A DNA stretch of 63,794 bases, counting the filler, from Octopus bimaculoides (taxonomy: Eukaryota): the NCBI RefSeq assembly GCF_001194135.2. It is 7 parts of 7 records of this genome, joined end to end, with 100 filler letters (N's around TTAATTAATTAA, not from the genome) between each part and the next. Parts side by side here need not be neighbours in the genome. Positions count along the whole stretch, not along the records: positions 58,143 to 62,679 come from NC_069005.1; positions 62,780 to 63,794 come from NC_069007.1; 5 more parts are not named here. One strand, 5' to 3'. How positions within the stretch are numbered: position 1 is the first letter of the stretch; each line of letters opens with the position of its first letter. Both the position numbers and the translations under genes were made by a program. Below the pieces are notes generated by a model that did no database searches, was not told the DNA's origin, and saw nothing but the letters and a program-made list of their open reading frames with translations. This document shows positions 61,851-63,794 of the stretch, one piece after another.

Positions 61851-62679
61851 TCATATATATACACATGCAGATATAGAAATAGGTAGATAAATAGATTTAT
61901 AATGTGTATGGATGCTTACATTCACATGTGCATGTGTGTGCATGTTTGTCTATATACACATGCATACTCTTCTGGAAGCAATGTGAGTTCCATCTTTCAC
62001 AGAAGCAATGCATGTCTAACGTGTCTTGTGTGGAGATTTTTTTTCAACAGATTTTTCTCTAATCCTTTCCCAAACGAAATTCAATGTTCTCCGTATATAC
62101 ATTCAGTAAAAAGACTGCGAATATTTCCAAAACGAAAAGTCACTCTCATCCATTCCTCTGTTCCTCCCAGAAGACATAAGAAATAATATATGTTTTTCTT
62201 CATCTCTCCAGTTGTTCTTTCGCAAATATTTCCAGTGTAAATTAGGGAAAAATCTTCCATATGTACCACAACGTTCATTAGAGATTTTTCCAGATTTGCA
62301 TGGTTTCCAAGAAAGACTTTATTTGTTTGTTTGTACTTGTTTCTCATTCTAAAGAATATATACTCCGATGTACACAGCCCAGAAAAAGAAAAAAAAAAGA
62401 CAAAGTACACCCCACCCACCCCTCCTAAAAGAAATCAAGCATGTTCTATGCAATATACTACATGTCTTTGTCATAAATAAATGTTCTGCTGTGTATCTGA
62501 GAATTTTTCTAAGAAAATTTTAAGCAATGCAGTGTTTTTTCTTTTTATGTAGTTTTTGCTTTTTTGTTTGTTGTTACTTCATTTCGTTTTATTTTTTGTT
62601 ATTTTACACCAAATATAAAAATAATTTGTGTTAAGTACCTAGAGAATAATTAGAATCCCTGTGAGTATTTTTTTGTAAT

Positions 62680-62779
62680 NNNNNNNNNNNNNNNNNNNNN
62701 NNNNNNNNNNNNNNNNNNNNNNNTTAATTAATTAANNNNNNNNNNNNNNNNNNNNNNNNNNNNNNNNNNNNNNNNNNNN
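62680..62779. other. Artificial scaffold-join spacer
   Basis: 44N-TTAATTAATTAA-44N. Confidence 0.95.
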
Positions 62780-62836
62780 GAAATACCGCTAAGCATTTCG
62801 TCCGGCGTGCTAACGGTTCTGCCAGCACGCTCTCTC

Positions 62837-62889
<53 letters not shown>

Positions 62890-63145
62890 TGATGATGATG
62901 ATGATGATGATAATGGCTTCAGATTTTGCACCAAGGGCAGGAATTTTTGGGGAGGGGATGAATCGATCACGTCGATACCAGCGTTCAGCTAGTGCTTATT
63001 TTTATCGACTCCGGAAAGATAAAAGGTAAAGTCGACCTCGGCAGAATTTGAACTCAGAACGTAGCGACAGACGAATGACTGATAAGCATCTTGCCCGGCG
63101 TGCTAACGATTCTGCCAGCACGCCTTATCATCATCATCATCATCA

Positions 63146-63227
<82 letters not shown>

Positions 63228-63794
63228 CAAATTCTTTCTACAATAGGCACAAAGCCTGGAACTGTGGGTGAGGTGGGAATAATGCACCTAAGTGTACAAC
63301 TGGTATTTAGTTTCTCGTCCTCGAAATGAAGAAAGGCGAAGTGGACCCCGATGGAATTTGGTCCCAGAATGTAAAGAAGCTGGAAAATGATGCTGAGCGT
63401 GTTGTCCGACGGTTTAACGATTCCAATAGCTCGACGCAGTAACAAGAAGAAGAAGAAGAAGAAGAAGAAGAACAACAACAACAACAATAATAATAATGAT
63501 AGTAACATGGTTTCAAATGTTGGCACATGCCCAGCGTTTTCGGGGGTGGCCGTAAGACGACTACATCAACTCCACTGCTCACCTGGTGCGTATTTATCGA
63601 CCCCGAAAGGATAAAAAGCGGTCGAATTTGAACTCGGAACGTAGTCCGGCGTGCTAATGATTCTGCCCTTTCGATATTAATTATACTAATACTAATGATA
63701 ATGATAATGATGAGAAGAAGAAAGGCACAAGGCCTGCAATTTGGGGTCAGGGGCAAGTCAATTATATTGTCCCCAGTGCACAACTGGTACTCGA
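62780..63794 (-). mobile_element. Pile-up of about 5 SINE B fragments separated by (AAT)n/(GAT)n/(ATT)n/(AAG)n
   Basis: Repeated GGCGTGCTAA.GATTCTGCC and GAATTTGAACTC.GAACGTAG motifs. Confidence 0.8.

Overview
AT-rich, microsatellite-saturated animal DNA. About 12% of the window is N, including six artificial 44N-TTAATTAATTAA-44N scaffold joins. The SINE complement and microsatellite load point to an octopus/coleoid cephalopod draft genome (inference). No intact protein-coding gene is recognisable: the long ORFs in the track are N-run or microsatellite translations or decayed transposon fragments. Decayed transposons: four Penelope-like element (PLE) coding remnants (three with the Neptune-type CxxRCxxC linker plus GIY-YIG, one with a different C-terminus), R4/Dong-like and CRE-like RLE-endonuclease LINEs, RTE and CR1/L2-group RT fragments, a full-length but dead DD37D (maT) mariner, pogo/hAT/piggyBac-like ends, and more than 20 SINE copies. 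The only host-gene signal is a candidate minus-strand first exon (~19620-19207) that ends in ATG|GTAAGT. The most interesting pattern is a set of minimal type I hammerhead-ribozyme folds in at least three unrelated short repeat families and beside two PLE 3' ends. All have an extra A after the core, the five complete folds have a loopless stem III, and most share a non-canonical A6->U change. They sit in (TA)n or (TAA)n microsatellites, one of them in a fold-back element.
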